The notes: generated from the letters alone by a model not told the origin. 64,000 nt of DNA from Deltaproteobacteria bacterium (GCA_028818755.1 JAPPNF010000108.1:10259-74258), one strand, 5' to 3'. Shown: positions 36,505 to 46,927, counted from the first letter of the stretch. Numbers and translations are program-made.

Positions 36505-38175
36505 ATGGCGCTGCCGGAGAGTCTCTACGCCGACACGATCCTCGTCAACGGCAATGTGATCACGGTAGACGACGCCCGTCCCACCGCCGAGGCCGTGGCC
36601 CTCAAGGGCGACCGGATCCTTTACGTGGGAAGCAACGACGACGTGCGGCAATGCGCCGGCCGGAACACACGGGTCATCGACTGCGGCGGCAAGACGGTGC
36701 TCCCCGGGTTCATCGAGCCCCACACCCACTTCATGTCCTTCGGCGTCCGGCTGGGGATGGTGAACGTGCGGACTCCGCCCAACAACTCCATCGAGGACGT
36801 GCTGGCGCGTATCCGCGAGCGCGCGGCCGTCACCCCCAGGGGGCAGTGGATCGAGGCCCAGGGCTACGAGCATACCGCCGTGGCGGAGAAGCGCTGGCCC
36901 ACCCTGGCCGAGCTCGACAGCGCGGCGCCGGACAATCCGCTGGTCATGACCTACCGCTCGTCCCACGTGTGGATGGCCAACAGCGCGGCGCTCAAGCTCG
37001 CCGGCATCGACGACGACACGCCGCAGCCCGAGGGCGGCCACATGGACCGGGATCCGCAAACCGGCAAGCTTACCGGGGTGCTCAGGGAGAAGGCCGCCGC
37101 TCGGCCGGTGAACAACCTGGTGCCGCATCCGACCCTGCAGCAGCTCAAGGACGGCGTGGAGCTGGCGGGCCGCGAGTACAACTCGGTGGGCATCACCTCC
37201 ACCCACGACGCCGGCACCGGCGACACCCCGGACCACTACCGGGCGTACCAGGAGACCATCGACGAGGGCCGCCTCAAGGTGCGGGTCTACCTGATGATCC
37301 ACGACCTCCCCTACAAGCGCTTCTACCTGGAGCGGGACCTGGGGCTCCGCACCGGCTTCGGCTCGGACTGGTTGCGGCTGGGCGCGGTCAAGACCTGCAG
37401 CGACGGTTCCATCCAGGTGCACACCTGCGCCTTCTACGACCCCTACATCACCAGCGATACCGACGACCCCACCAAGGACCCGCGCGGCGTGCTCCAGTAC
37501 TCGCCCGAGGAGCAGAAGAAGCTCGTGTCCGAAGCCCACGGCAAGGGCTACCAGGTGGCTATCCACGCCCAGGGCGACCGTGGCGTGGACGTGGCGCTGG
37601 ATGCCGTGGAGAACGCCATGAACGAGGTGCCGCGGCCCGACCCGCGCCACCGCATCGAGCACTGCCAGGGGGTCACCCGGGACGCGTTGGCGCGGATGAG
37701 TCGCCTGGGAGTCATCGCGTCGTTCTATCCCCATCACGTCTGGTACTGGGGCGACCGCCACATCCATGACTTCCTGGGCATGGAGCGGGCGCAACGGCTG
37801 GACCCCATGCGCACGGCCATTGACCTGGGCGTGGTCACCGTAGCCCACTCCGATACGCCCATCGCGCTGCCCAAGGACCCGCTCTTCGCCACCGATCCGC
37901 TCTTCGGCATCTGGTGCGCGGTGAACCGCAAGACCCGGGCGGGGGTGGTGCTCGGCGAGGACGAGCGCATCACGCCCATGGAGGGTATCCGGGCCTACAC
38001 CATCAACGCTGCCTACGCAGCCTTCGAGGAAGGCATCAAGGGCTCCATCACCGCGGGCAAGCTAGCCGACCTGGTGGTGCTGGGGGACAATCCGCTGACC
38101 GTGGACCCGTGGGAGATACGCAACGTCCCGGTGGAGCGGACCATCGTGGGGGGAGAGGTGGTGTACGAGGCGTGA
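36505..38175 (+). CDS. Amidohydrolase_3 (YtcJ-like) family metallohydrolase
   Basis: ATG 36505 directly after upstream stop, AAGGAGGGG upstream; ILVNGNVITVD...VLPGFIEPHTHF...AIHAQGD...HSD. Confidence 0.75.
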   Translation: MALPESLYADTILVNGNVITVDDARPTAEAVALKGDRILYVGSNDDVRQCAGRNTRVIDCGGKTVLPGFIEPHTHFMSFGVRLGMVNVRTPPNNSIEDVLARIRERAAVTPRGQWIEAQGYEHTAVAEKRWPTLAELDSAAPDNPLVMTYRSSHVWMANSAALKLAGIDDDTPQPEGGHMDRDPQTGKLTGVLREKAAARPVNNLVPHPTLQQLKDGVELAGREYNSVGITSTHDAGTGDTPDHYRAYQETIDEGRLKVRVYLMIHDLPYKRFYLERDLGLRTGFGSDWLRLGAVKTCSDGSIQVHTCAFYDPYITSDTDDPTKDPRGVLQYSPEEQKKLVSEAHGKGYQVAIHAQGDRGVDVALDAVENAMNEVPRPDPRHRIEHCQGVTRDALARMSRLGVIASFYPHHVWYWGDRHIHDFLGMERAQRLDPMRTAIDLGVVTVAHSDTPIALPKDPLFATDPLFGIWCAVNRKTRAGVVLGEDERITPMEGIRAYTINAAYAAFEEGIKGSITAGKLADLVVLGDNPLTVDPWEIRNVPVERTIVGGEVVYEA

Positions 38176-38199
38176 CGGGTGGCGGCTGCGAGCGTGAAT

Positions 38200-38233
38200 A
38201 AAAAGCCGCGCCGGTTTCCCGGCGCGGCTTTTT
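38200..38233. terminator. Bidirectional rho-independent terminator AAAAAGCCGCGCCGG-TTTC-CCGGCGCGGCTTTTT
   Basis: Perfect 10-bp GC stem flanked by an A-tract and a T-tract, between convergent genes ending at 38175 (+) and 38253 (-). Confidence 0.85.
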
Positions 38234-38252
38234 GTTCGCTGAAGTTTGGCGA

Positions 38253-39794
38253 TCAGGCTTTGACGTCCATCTCCTCCAGCATGATCTTCTCGTCCGGGCG
38301 CGGCGTCCACACGAGGTTACGGGCCGCTCCGTACTGGTCGAAGAGCTGGTACAACGGGATCATCGGCGCTTCCTCCATGATGACCGCGTTCATCTCCTGG
38401 AGGATCTTCAACCGCTTGGCGTCGTCCGATTCCGCCTGCTCGGCGTCCACGAGCGCGTCGAAAGCCGCGTTGCTGAAGTTGGTGCGCTTGGAGCCGCCGG
38501 TGCGGAAGTACTGGTAGAGCGGCGTGTCGGTGTCCAGCACGCTGCCCCGGCCGATGTAGTAGAACGGACTCTTGCCGCCGTTGACGCCGTCGCGGCCCCA
38601 GAAAACCACCCATTCCTGCGGTACGATCTCGACCCGGAAGCCGCCCTTGGACATCTGGCTGGCTACCACCTGCACCAACTCGGTGTCGTTCGCGTACTTG
38701 CCCGGCGAGTAGTGCAGCTTGACGTCCACGCCGTTGGGATATCCGGCCTTGGCCAGCAACTCTTTTGCCTTCTTGGGGTCGTAGGGGTAGCGCTTTAGGT
38801 TGGGGTTGTACCCGTAAACGCGGGGTCCCACCGGTCCCTGAAGCACCTCGCCGTTGCCGTCGAAGATGTTCTTGACGATGGAGTCGGCGTCCACGCAGTA
38901 GTTGGCGGCCTGCCGAACCAGCTTGTTGTCCCAGGGCTTGAAGTTGACGTTCAACGCGAAGAAGTAAATCCGCAGACCCGGCACGCTGCGCACCGAGACC
39001 CGGGGGTGGCGGTTGATCCGCTCCACCTCATGCACCGGCACCCGGTCCATGACGTCGCACTGTCCCGCCTGGAGGCCGGCCATGCGTGAGTTGACCTCCA
39101 CGACCTTGCGCCACACCAGCTCCTTGATGGCCGGTTTCTTGCCCCAGTAGTCGTCGTTGCGCGTCAGCACCAAGTCGCCGTCACGTTTGAAGCTGACGAA
39201 CCTGTAGGGGCCCGTGCCGGTGGGGTGCTTGTCCACGTCCTTGCCGTACTTGTCGGCCACGGTCTTGCTCATGATGAAGCGGTTGCGGACGCCGCGGGAC
39301 AGGAACGTGACCGAGGGTTTCTTGGTGATGACGACGACCGTGTGGTCGTCGGGTGTCTGAACCTCCTGTACGTTCCGGAACGAACGCCGTTGCAGGCTCC
39401 TCTTGTCGTTCTTCATCCGGTCGATGGAGAAGGCCACGTCCGCGGAGGTGAGGGGGCTGCCGTCGTGGAACTTGACGCCCTTGCGCAGCTTGAACTCCCA
39501 CTCCTTGCCCCGGAACTCCCACGACTCCGCCAGCCTTCCCACGAACTTGGCCTGTTCGTAGTCGAACTCCACCAGCGGTTCCATCATGTGCTGCCACTGG
39601 CCGTATATGGCGCCGCTGCTGTGGTCGTAGGGGTGAAGGTTGTCCATGTTGCTGGCGTTGTACACGATCACGCGGTCCTTGGACGCCGCGTACGCGAACT
39701 GCCCCAGCGAAGGATTTATCAGGGCCGCCGCCCCCAGGGCGGCCCCGCCCTTCAGCACGTCCCGCCGGCTGATCCGTCTTCTGCCGTCGCTCAT
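38253..39794 (-). CDS. ABC transporter substrate-binding protein, family 5 (peptide/opine/nickel type), Tat signal
   Basis: MSDGRRRISRRDVLKGGAALGAAAL twin-arginine leader; start trimmed to ATG 39794 (AAGGAG upstream); SBP_bac_5-like body. Confidence 0.8.
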   Translation of the reverse strand: MSDGRRRISRRDVLKGGAALGAAALINPSLGQFAYAASKDRVIVYNASNMDNLHPYDHSSGAIYGQWQHMMEPLVEFDYEQAKFVGRLAESWEFRGKEWEFKLRKGVKFHDGSPLTSADVAFSIDRMKNDKRSLQRRSFRNVQEVQTPDDHTVVVITKKPSVTFLSRGVRNRFIMSKTVADKYGKDVDKHPTGTGPYRFVSFKRDGDLVLTRNDDYWGKKPAIKELVWRKVVEVNSRMAGLQAGQCDVMDRVPVHEVERINRHPRVSVRSVPGLRIYFFALNVNFKPWDNKLVRQAANYCVDADSIVKNIFDGNGEVLQGPVGPRVYGYNPNLKRYPYDPKKAKELLAKAGYPNGVDVKLHYSPGKYANDTELVQVVASQMSKGGFRVEIVPQEWVVFWGRDGVNGGKSPFYYIGRGSVLDTDTPLYQYFRTGGSKRTNFSNAAFDALVDAEQAESDDAKRLKILQEMNAVIMEEAPMIPLYQLFDQYGAARNLVWTPRPDEKIMLEEMDVKA

Positions 39795-39841
39795 ATCGCA
39801 ACTCCTTTCCGTTCGGGTCCTTGGTTCTTCGGCCGTTCTTC

Positions 39842-40678
39842 CTAGTCCATGGGGTGACGCTTCAGAAACTCGAGGAAGTGCGCGTTGGCCACGTCCGGCA
39901 TCTGGCGAAGGTAGCCGTGATTGCCGTCCTCCACGAGCTTGAACTCGGCGCCGGCGATGCCCTCGGCCAGCACCTTGGACGACTCCACGTGGCTGCCGGT
40001 GGCTTCGTCCACCGTGTCTCCGGCGCCGCAGATCACCAGCGTCGGGCACTGGATGCGGTCCAGCAGGTGGCGGGTCTCGTGCTCCTGGCGGGCCACGACG
40101 TGCCGGAGATAGGGCCGCAGCGGGGTGAAGTAGGTCCTGTTCACCTCGCGGAACTTTTCGACCTTGTCCGGGTGGTCGCGCACGAATTCCGGCGGGAACA
40201 TGAAGGCGCCACCCAAGATGTCTTCCATGTAGTGCTCGTGGCCCTTCTCGGCCATTGCCACGGCGGTGGAGTAGGGGACGCCGCGCTCGTAATACTGGTC
40301 ATCGTAGGAGGAACCCGGCCCGGAGCCGGAGAGGATCACGCTGTGAACCACCTCGGGATGGTCGATGGCGATCCACTGGCAGACGCGTCCGCCCATGGAG
40401 TGACCCAGGAAATGCGCGCGGCCGATGCCAAGCGCCTCCACCAGGTTGACGCAGTCATCGGCGAACATCCGCGTGGAGTAGTGGACGTCAGGCTTGTCGC
40501 TCCGTCCCGTGCCCCGGTGGTCCCAGGTCAGCACCCGGTAGTGTTGCGCCAGCTCGGGGACCTGGAAGATCTTCCAGTGGTCGCCGGACATCCCGGTGCC
40601 GCTCACCAGCACCAGCGGCTCGCCGCTGCCGTGGAACTCGTAGTGGAAGTTCAGGCCGCTGACGTTGGCGATGGGCAT
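39842..40678 (-). CDS. Alpha/beta hydrolase
   Basis: 278 aa; HGSGEPLVLVSG, nucleophile elbow GHSMGG. Confidence 0.8.
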   Translation of the reverse strand: MPIANVSGLNFHYEFHGSGEPLVLVSGTGMSGDHWKIFQVPELAQHYRVLTWDHRGTGRSDKPDVHYSTRMFADDCVNLVEALGIGRAHFLGHSMGGRVCQWIAIDHPEVVHSVILSGSGPGSSYDDQYYERGVPYSTAVAMAEKGHEHYMEDILGGAFMFPPEFVRDHPDKVEKFREVNRTYFTPLRPYLRHVVARQEHETRHLLDRIQCPTLVICGAGDTVDEATGSHVESSKVLAEGIAGAEFKLVEDGNHGYLRQMPDVANAHFLEFLKRHPMD

Positions 40679-40745
40679 GATTCCCTCGCGATGGAGTTGA
40701 CTCGTGGGGTGTGTCGCATGTGAAACTCAGAACACCGCCATGCCC

Positions 40746-41834
40746 TCAGAACACCACCACGCCCCGGGCCGCCTCTCCCTGCTTGAGCCGCTCGACCCCC
40801 TCGTTGATGTCGTCGATCTTGTAGCGGTGCGACACCAGCCGGTCCAGGTCGAGCCGGCCGGCCTTGTAGTGCTCCACCATCCTGGGGATGTCGATGAGTT
40901 GCCGGGCGTTGCCGTAGCCCGTGCCGGTGAGGGTCTTCTGCTCCCTGACGAAGCGCAGGGGATTGATGGACGCCGTGTGGTCCATGGGCGCCATCCCCAC
41001 CACCACGACGGTGCCGCCCACCCGGGCGCACTCGAGCGCCTGCTCCACCGTGGGGCCGAGGCCGATGGCCTCGAAGACGTAGTCCACGCCGCCGCCGGTG
41101 ATCTCGCGGACGCGCTTGGCCGCGTCCTCGCGCGAGCTGTTGATCTTGTGGGTGGCGCCGAACTCCTGGGCGTATTCGAGCTTCCCGTCGAGGATGTCGA
41201 TGGCGATGATCGTGCTGGCGCCCACCAGGCGGGCGCCCTGGATGCAGTTGAGCCCCACGCCGCCGCAGCCGATGACCGCCACGGTGTCTCCGGCCTCCAC
41301 CCGCGCGGCGTTGGTGACGGAGCATACGCCGGTGGTGACGCAGCAGCCGATGAGGGCGGCCACCTCGGGCGGTATGTCGCCGGGGACGGGGACAGCCTGC
41401 TCTGCCGGGCACACTACCTGCTCGGCCCAGGTGCCGAGCCGCGCGGAGATAAAAAGCGGCTGCCCCTTGAGGCTCACCCGGGCCGTGCCGTCGTGCATCA
41501 TCTGGCGCGGGGAGTCGTGGCCGTTGCAGAGAACCGGGATGCCGCGGGCGCAGTTCTCGCAACGGCCGCAGTTGGCACGGAAGGAAAGGATGACGTTGTC
41601 GCCCGGCTTGACGTGGTCCACGCCCTCGCCCACGGCTTCCACCACGCCGGCGCCCTCGTGGCCGAGGATCACGGGCGTCCGGTTGTCCCACTCGCCCTTG
41701 ATGTTGTGCAGGTCGCTGTGGCAGATGCCGGTGGCGCCGATGCGGACCTGCACCTCCTGCGCCCTGGGACCCTCGAGGTCCACGTCCTCCACCACGAGAG
41801 GGGTGTTCTGCTCCAGCAGCACCGCGGCCTTCAT
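40746..41834 (-). CDS. Zinc-dependent alcohol dehydrogenase family protein
   Basis: 362 aa; GICHSDLH, GHEGAGVVEAVGEGV, CGRCENCARG, VIGCGGVGL. Confidence 0.85.
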   Translation of the reverse strand: MKAAVLLEQNTPLVVEDVDLEGPRAQEVQVRIGATGICHSDLHNIKGEWDNRTPVILGHEGAGVVEAVGEGVDHVKPGDNVILSFRANCGRCENCARGIPVLCNGHDSPRQMMHDGTARVSLKGQPLFISARLGTWAEQVVCPAEQAVPVPGDIPPEVAALIGCCVTTGVCSVTNAARVEAGDTVAVIGCGGVGLNCIQGARLVGASTIIAIDILDGKLEYAQEFGATHKINSSREDAAKRVREITGGGVDYVFEAIGLGPTVEQALECARVGGTVVVVGMAPMDHTASINPLRFVREQKTLTGTGYGNARQLIDIPRMVEHYKAGRLDLDRLVSHRYKIDDINEGVERLKQGEAARGVVVF

Positions 41835-41864
41835 GCCTGCATCTCCATGACCAGCCTTGTGGCG

Positions 41865-41890
41865 AGGGGCGGGCTTGAAACCCGCCCCTG
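41865..41890. repeat. GC-rich palindromic intergenic repeat, copy 3
   Basis: gaggggcgggcttgaaacccgcccctg between the SBP stop (41905) and the ADH start (41834). Confidence 0.75.
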
Positions 41891-41904
41891 TTCGAAAGCC
41901 GCCT

Positions 41905-43443
41905 CTACTTGACCGCCATCTCCCAGGTGCGGATTCTCTCGTCGGACCGCGGGTCCCACTCGATGTTGCTGGCGAACCCGTAAATGTCCGCCAGGTTCCA
42001 CAGCGGCACCCACGGGGAATCCTCTTTCAGGATACGGCCGATCTCGTGCAGAATCTTGGCGCGCTTCTCGGGATCGGCTTCCGCCATCTCCGCTTCGATG
42101 AGCTTGTCGAGCGCGGGGTTGCTGTAGTCGATTCGTGGACTGGCGCCGGTCTTGAAGTACTGCTCGACATGCGTGTGGACGTCGATGACGCTGCCCCGGC
42201 CGATGTAGTAGAAGGGCATCTTGCCCCCGTTGACCCCGGATCTGCCCCAGAACACAACCCACTCCTGAGAGATGAGCTCGACGTTGAATCCACCCTTTTT
42301 CATCTGGGCGGCGAAGGCCTGGAGGACCTCGCTATCCTTGGGATAACGTCCCTGGGAGTAGTAGAGCTTCACCGAGACGCCGTCAGGGTAGCCGGCCTTG
42401 GCCAGCAGCTCGCGCGACTTCTTCGGGTCGTAGGGATAACGCTTGGCGTTCGGATCATGGCCGATGTACGTCTTCGCGCCGGCACCCTGCACCACGAAAC
42501 CCAGGCCGTCGAAGATGTTCTTGACGATGGAGTCGGCGTCTATCGAATAGTTGGCCGCCTGCCGCACCAGCTTGTTGTCCCAAGGCTTGAACCCCGGGTT
42601 GATGGCCAGGAAGTAGATGCGCGATCCGGGAACGGACTTGATGGTGATCCTGGGGTTCTGCTTCAGGCGCTCCACTTCGTGGGGCGGCACGGCGTTGATG
42701 ACGTCCACCTGCCCGGCCTCCAGGGCCGCGACCCGCGCCGCTTCCTCCGTCACCTTGCGCCACACCATCGTCTTGACCTGCGGCTTCGGCGAGCCCCAGT
42801 AGTCGTCGTTGCGCTCCAGCACCAGGTCGCCGTCGCGCTTGAAGCTCTTGAACTTGTAGGGACCGGTGCCGATGGGGTGCTTGTCCACGTCCTCGCCGTG
42901 CTTCTCGGCGGCCGCCTTGCTCATGACGAAGCGGCTCTGAAGCTTGTCGAGGAAGACGACGTTGGGCGTGTCGGTCACCAGGACGATGGTGTGGTCGTCA
43001 ACCACGCGCATCTCCGTCAGCTCTCTCAGTTGCCGCCGCTGCAGGCTCTTCTTGTCGGTCTTGATGCGGTTGAACGAAAACTCCACGTCGTGCGCGGTCA
43101 AGGGCGAGCCGTCGTGGAACTTGATGCCCTTCTTCAGCTTGAAGACCCACTCCTTGCCCTTGAATTCCCAGGACTCGGCGAGCTTGGGAACGTACTTGTT
43201 GGCCTTCTGGTCCACCTGCACCAGCGGCTCCATGATGTGCTCCCAGATGCCGTAGGCCGGGCTCAGGCTGTGGTTGTAGGGGTGGAGCGAGTCGATGCCG
43301 CCCGCGTGGTAGATCACCACCCGGTCCTTGGAGGCGGCCATGGCGGAGCCGGCGACGAGCACGCCCAGGAGGAGCGCCGCGCCCGCGACCAGTGTCCCTG
43401 TCCGCTTCCACAAACTTCCACGAATACGTGTGTCGGGTTTCAT
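41905..43443 (-). CDS. ABC transporter substrate-binding protein, family 5, Sec signal
   Basis: 512 aa; leader LVAGAALLLGVLVAGSAMA; paralogue of 43502..45034. Confidence 0.8.
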   Translation of the reverse strand: MKPDTRIRGSLWKRTGTLVAGAALLLGVLVAGSAMAASKDRVVIYHAGGIDSLHPYNHSLSPAYGIWEHIMEPLVQVDQKANKYVPKLAESWEFKGKEWVFKLKKGIKFHDGSPLTAHDVEFSFNRIKTDKKSLQRRQLRELTEMRVVDDHTIVLVTDTPNVVFLDKLQSRFVMSKAAAEKHGEDVDKHPIGTGPYKFKSFKRDGDLVLERNDDYWGSPKPQVKTMVWRKVTEEAARVAALEAGQVDVINAVPPHEVERLKQNPRITIKSVPGSRIYFLAINPGFKPWDNKLVRQAANYSIDADSIVKNIFDGLGFVVQGAGAKTYIGHDPNAKRYPYDPKKSRELLAKAGYPDGVSVKLYYSQGRYPKDSEVLQAFAAQMKKGGFNVELISQEWVVFWGRSGVNGGKMPFYYIGRGSVIDVHTHVEQYFKTGASPRIDYSNPALDKLIEAEMAEADPEKRAKILHEIGRILKEDSPWVPLWNLADIYGFASNIEWDPRSDERIRTWEMAVK

Positions 43444-43501
43444 TGAGCCATCCCCCTTTTGGAATGCGGGCCTCTCCCCACCGTGGAGGAGGACTTGGTT
43501 G

Positions 43502-45034
43502 CTACTTGATACTCATCTCCCAGGCGCGGATCCTCTCGTCGGAACGAGGTTTCCACTCGATGTTGCTGGCGGCGCCGTAGATGTCCGCCAGAACCCACAA
43601 CGGCACCCACGGCGAGTCCTCCTTCACGATCCGGCCCAACTGGTGCAGCAGCTTGAGACGCTTCTCGGGATCGGTCTCCGCCTGTTCCAGTGCCATGATC
43701 CTGTCGAACTCGGGATTGCTGTAGTCGACACGGACGCTCGCGCCGGTCTTGAAGTACTGCTCAAGGTGCGTGTGCGCGTCGACGACGCTGCCCCGGCTGA
43801 TGTAGTAGAAGGGCATCTTGCCGCCGTTGACCCCGGTCTTGCCCCAGAACACCACCCATTCCTGGCTGATCAGCTCGATGTTGAAACCGCCCTTCTTCAT
43901 CTGGGCCGCGATGGCCTGCACCACCTCGGTGTCCTTGGGATACCGTCCCGCGGAATAGTACATCTTTACGTTGACGCCGTCCGGGTATCCCGCCTTGGCC
44001 AGAAGCTCACGGGCCTTCTTGGGGTCGTAGGGATAGCGCTTGGCGTTGGGGTCGTAGCCGATGTGTTGCTTCGCGGCGGCGCCCTCCACCACGAAACCGA
44101 GGCCGTCGAAGATGTTCTTCACGATGGGGTAGGCGTCCACCGCATAGTTGGCCGCCTGCCGCACGAGCTTGTTGTCCCAGGGCTTGTACGCCGGGTTGAG
44201 GGCCAGGAAGTAGATGCGCCCCCCGGGCACCGTCTTGATGTTGATCCTGGGGTTCCTCTTCAGGCGCTCCACCTCGTGGGCGGGCACCGCGTTGACCACG
44301 TCAGCCTGTCCGGCCTCCAGGGCCGCGACCCGGGCGGCCTCCTCGGTGACCTTGCGCCACACCATGGTCTTGATCTGCGGCTTCGGGGAGCCCCAGTAGG
44401 CGTCGTTGTGCTCCAGGACAAGGTCGCCGTCGCGCTTGAAGCTCTTGAACTTGTAGGGTCCGGTGCCGATGGGGTGCTTGTCCACGTCCTTGCCGTACTT
44501 CTCCGCGGCAGCCTTGCTCATGACGAAGCGGGTCTTGATCTTGTCGAGGAACACCACGTTGCGCGTGTCCGTCACCAGGACGATGGTGTGGTCGTCCACG
44601 ACCCGCATCTCCACCAGCTCTCTCAGTTGCCGCCGCTGCAGGCTGTTCTTGTCCGTCTTGATGCGGTTGAACGAAAACTCGACGTCGTGCGCCGTGAGCG
44701 GCGTGCCGTCGTGGAACTTGATTCCCTTGCGCAGCTTGAACGTCCACTCCTTGCCCTTCAACTCCCAGGACTCCGCCAGCTTGGGCACGTATGCTCCACG
44801 CTCCTCGTCCACCTGCACCAGCGGCTCCATGATGTGCTCCCAGATGGAGTAGGCCGGGCCCAGGCTGTGGTTGTAGGGGTGGAGTGAATCGATGCTGCCG
44901 GCGTTGTAGATCACCACCCGGTCCTTGGAGGCCGCCCAGGCGGAGCCGGAGACGAGCAAGCCGAGGAGGAGTGCCGCCCCTGCGACAAGCGCTCCAGCCT
45001 GCTTCCACAGATTTCCACGTGTTTCCAGTCTCAT
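43502..45034 (-). CDS. ABC transporter substrate-binding protein, family 5, Sec signal
   Basis: Start trimmed to ATG 45034 (AAGGAGGAAGG upstream); leader LVAGAALLLGLLVSGSAWA; strongly similar along its whole length to 41905..43443. Confidence 0.8.
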   Translation of the reverse strand: MRLETRGNLWKQAGALVAGAALLLGLLVSGSAWAASKDRVVIYNAGSIDSLHPYNHSLGPAYSIWEHIMEPLVQVDEERGAYVPKLAESWELKGKEWTFKLRKGIKFHDGTPLTAHDVEFSFNRIKTDKNSLQRRQLRELVEMRVVDDHTIVLVTDTRNVVFLDKIKTRFVMSKAAAEKYGKDVDKHPIGTGPYKFKSFKRDGDLVLEHNDAYWGSPKPQIKTMVWRKVTEEAARVAALEAGQADVVNAVPAHEVERLKRNPRINIKTVPGGRIYFLALNPAYKPWDNKLVRQAANYAVDAYPIVKNIFDGLGFVVEGAAAKQHIGYDPNAKRYPYDPKKARELLAKAGYPDGVNVKMYYSAGRYPKDTEVVQAIAAQMKKGGFNIELISQEWVVFWGKTGVNGGKMPFYYISRGSVVDAHTHLEQYFKTGASVRVDYSNPEFDRIMALEQAETDPEKRLKLLHQLGRIVKEDSPWVPLWVLADIYGAASNIEWKPRSDERIRAWEMSIK

Positions 45035-45214
45035 TGAGCCTTCCTCCTTTCGGAATGCGGACCCAGTGCGGTCCGTGTCCCGCGATACATATGAAATTGT
45101 CGTGTCGGAAGTCAACCCTGAGCGCCTCCTGATTGACGTTGCACCGGCGCGGCTATATTCATGGATCTGCGCCGCCGACAACGGCATCCCGGCAACTACT
45201 TGCGGAGGTTCTCA

Positions 45215-46858
45215 ATGGCTGGAAGTCGCTTGCCCTATCCCGACACTGTGTTCTTCAACGGAAAGGTACGCACGTTCGCCCCCGGAACGCCCGTGGCTCA
45301 GGCGGTGGCCTGCTCCGGAGGCCGGATCGTCGCCGTGGGCGCCTCCGACGACGTCCGGCGGCTCGGCGGCGCCGACACCCGGGAGGTGGACCTCAGGGGC
45401 CTTACCGTGATCCCCGGGCTGACCGACGCCCACGTGCACCTGGCGGACAAGGGGCTGGCGGACATGCAGTTGGTGGACGTCCGCGACTTCTACGGTCCGG
45501 TGAACAACATCGACACCGTGCTCACGCGCCTGTCGAAGAAAGCCGCGGAGACTCCCACGGGCGACTGGGTGGTGGCGCAGGGAAGCCCGATGCAGGACTT
45601 CCGCATGAAGGACAAGCGCTTCCCGGACCGCGTCGACCTCGATGCCGCCGTCCCCGAGCACCCCACGTCCGTCTCCTTCGGCGCCCACGTCACCGTGGCC
45701 AATTCGAGAGGCCTGGGGCTCGCCGGCATCGACCGGGAAACGCCGGATCCGGCCGGCGGCGCCATCGAGCGGGACTCCGACACCGGAGAGCCCACCGGCA
45801 TCCTGCACGAGCGCGCCCAGCACATCGTGACGGGCGTGATCCCCGAGTTCGATGCCACGGCGCGCAAGCTGGGCATCGCCTTCGCCGTGCAGCAGGCCCT
45901 CGAACGGGGAGTGACCACCATCCACGACATCGTCAAGGACCCGTCCGCGGTGCGCGCCTACCAGGAGCTCAGGGCGGAGGGGGGCCTGCACATGCGCTCG
46001 AGCCTCCTGCTGCGCGTCATCGAGTCCGAGATGAGCACGGACAGCGTGCTGGAGACCGGCCTCCAGACCGGCTTCGGCGACGAGTGGCTGCGGGTGGGTG
46101 GCGCGAAGATGAGCATCGACGGCGGCATCACCGGCCGCAACGCGCTGTTCTACGAACCCTACCTCGACACGCCGGACTACAGCGGGCTCATCCGCATCCA
46201 GCAGGACGAGCTGGACGACACCGTGCTGCGCTGCCACACCGCCGGCCTCCGCTGCTGCGTGCACGCCATCGGCGACCGCGCCTTCGACATGTCGCTGGAG
46301 GCCTACGAGAAGGCGCTGGCCGAATTGCCGCGCGAAGACCACCGCCACCGCATCGAGCACATGGGCAACTGGCTGATGACCCCCGAGCGCATCGAGCGTC
46401 TCGTGCGCAATGGCATCGTCGCCATTCCCAACATCTCCTTGGGTTACTTCGTCGGCGATTCCATCCGCGCCGCCATCGGCGCCAAGCGCATGGAGCGGGC
46501 GTTCCCGCTCAAGACGCTCCTGGAGGCGGGCGTCAAGATGGCCGGCGGCTCCGACGCCCCCGGCTACTGGCCGGTGGATCCGCTGCGCGACATCGGCGCC
46601 TACGTCTCCCGCCGGATGCTGTGGGACGAAACCCTGGCGCCGGAGGAAGCCTTGAGCGTCCAGGATGCTTTCGAGCTCCACACCACCCATGCCTCCTTCG
46701 CCGGCTTCGAGGAGGATATCAAGGGAACCCTGGAGGTCGGCAAGCTGGCGGACATGGCGGTATTGGCGGACGACCCCTTCGAGATTCCCGCGGAACGCAT
46801 CAAGGACCTGAAGGTGGAGATGACGGTGGTGGGGGGCGAGATCAAGTACCAGGCCTGA
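45215..46858 (+). CDS. Amidohydrolase_3 (YtcJ-like) family metallohydrolase
   Basis: ATG 45215 with GGAGG upstream; VFFNGKVRTF...VIPGLTDAHVHL...CVHAIGD...GSDAP. Confidence 0.75.
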   Translation: MAGSRLPYPDTVFFNGKVRTFAPGTPVAQAVACSGGRIVAVGASDDVRRLGGADTREVDLRGLTVIPGLTDAHVHLADKGLADMQLVDVRDFYGPVNNIDTVLTRLSKKAAETPTGDWVVAQGSPMQDFRMKDKRFPDRVDLDAAVPEHPTSVSFGAHVTVANSRGLGLAGIDRETPDPAGGAIERDSDTGEPTGILHERAQHIVTGVIPEFDATARKLGIAFAVQQALERGVTTIHDIVKDPSAVRAYQELRAEGGLHMRSSLLLRVIESEMSTDSVLETGLQTGFGDEWLRVGGAKMSIDGGITGRNALFYEPYLDTPDYSGLIRIQQDELDDTVLRCHTAGLRCCVHAIGDRAFDMSLEAYEKALAELPREDHRHRIEHMGNWLMTPERIERLVRNGIVAIPNISLGYFVGDSIRAAIGAKRMERAFPLKTLLEAGVKMAGGSDAPGYWPVDPLRDIGAYVSRRMLWDETLAPEEALSVQDAFELHTTHASFAGFEEDIKGTLEVGKLADMAVLADDPFEIPAERIKDLKVEMTVVGGEIKYQA

Positions 46859-46878
46859 ACTGCGCGCGAGGCACGGGC

Positions 46879-46905
46879 GCGGGCGGTTTTGAAACCCGCC
46901 CCTAC
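46879..46905. repeat. GC-rich palindromic intergenic repeat, copy 4
   Basis: gcgggcggttttgaaacccgcccctac between convergent genes ending at 46858 (+) and 46928 (-). Confidence 0.75.
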
Positions 46906-46927
46906 GCATCTCGTTGGTTGATTCCGC

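Noticed and set aside
45133-45159. TTGACG-N15-TATATT promoter-like site upstream of the amidohydrolase at 45215
   Set aside because: The spacer is one nt short of the usual range and there is no supporting evidence. It is left as a possibility only.
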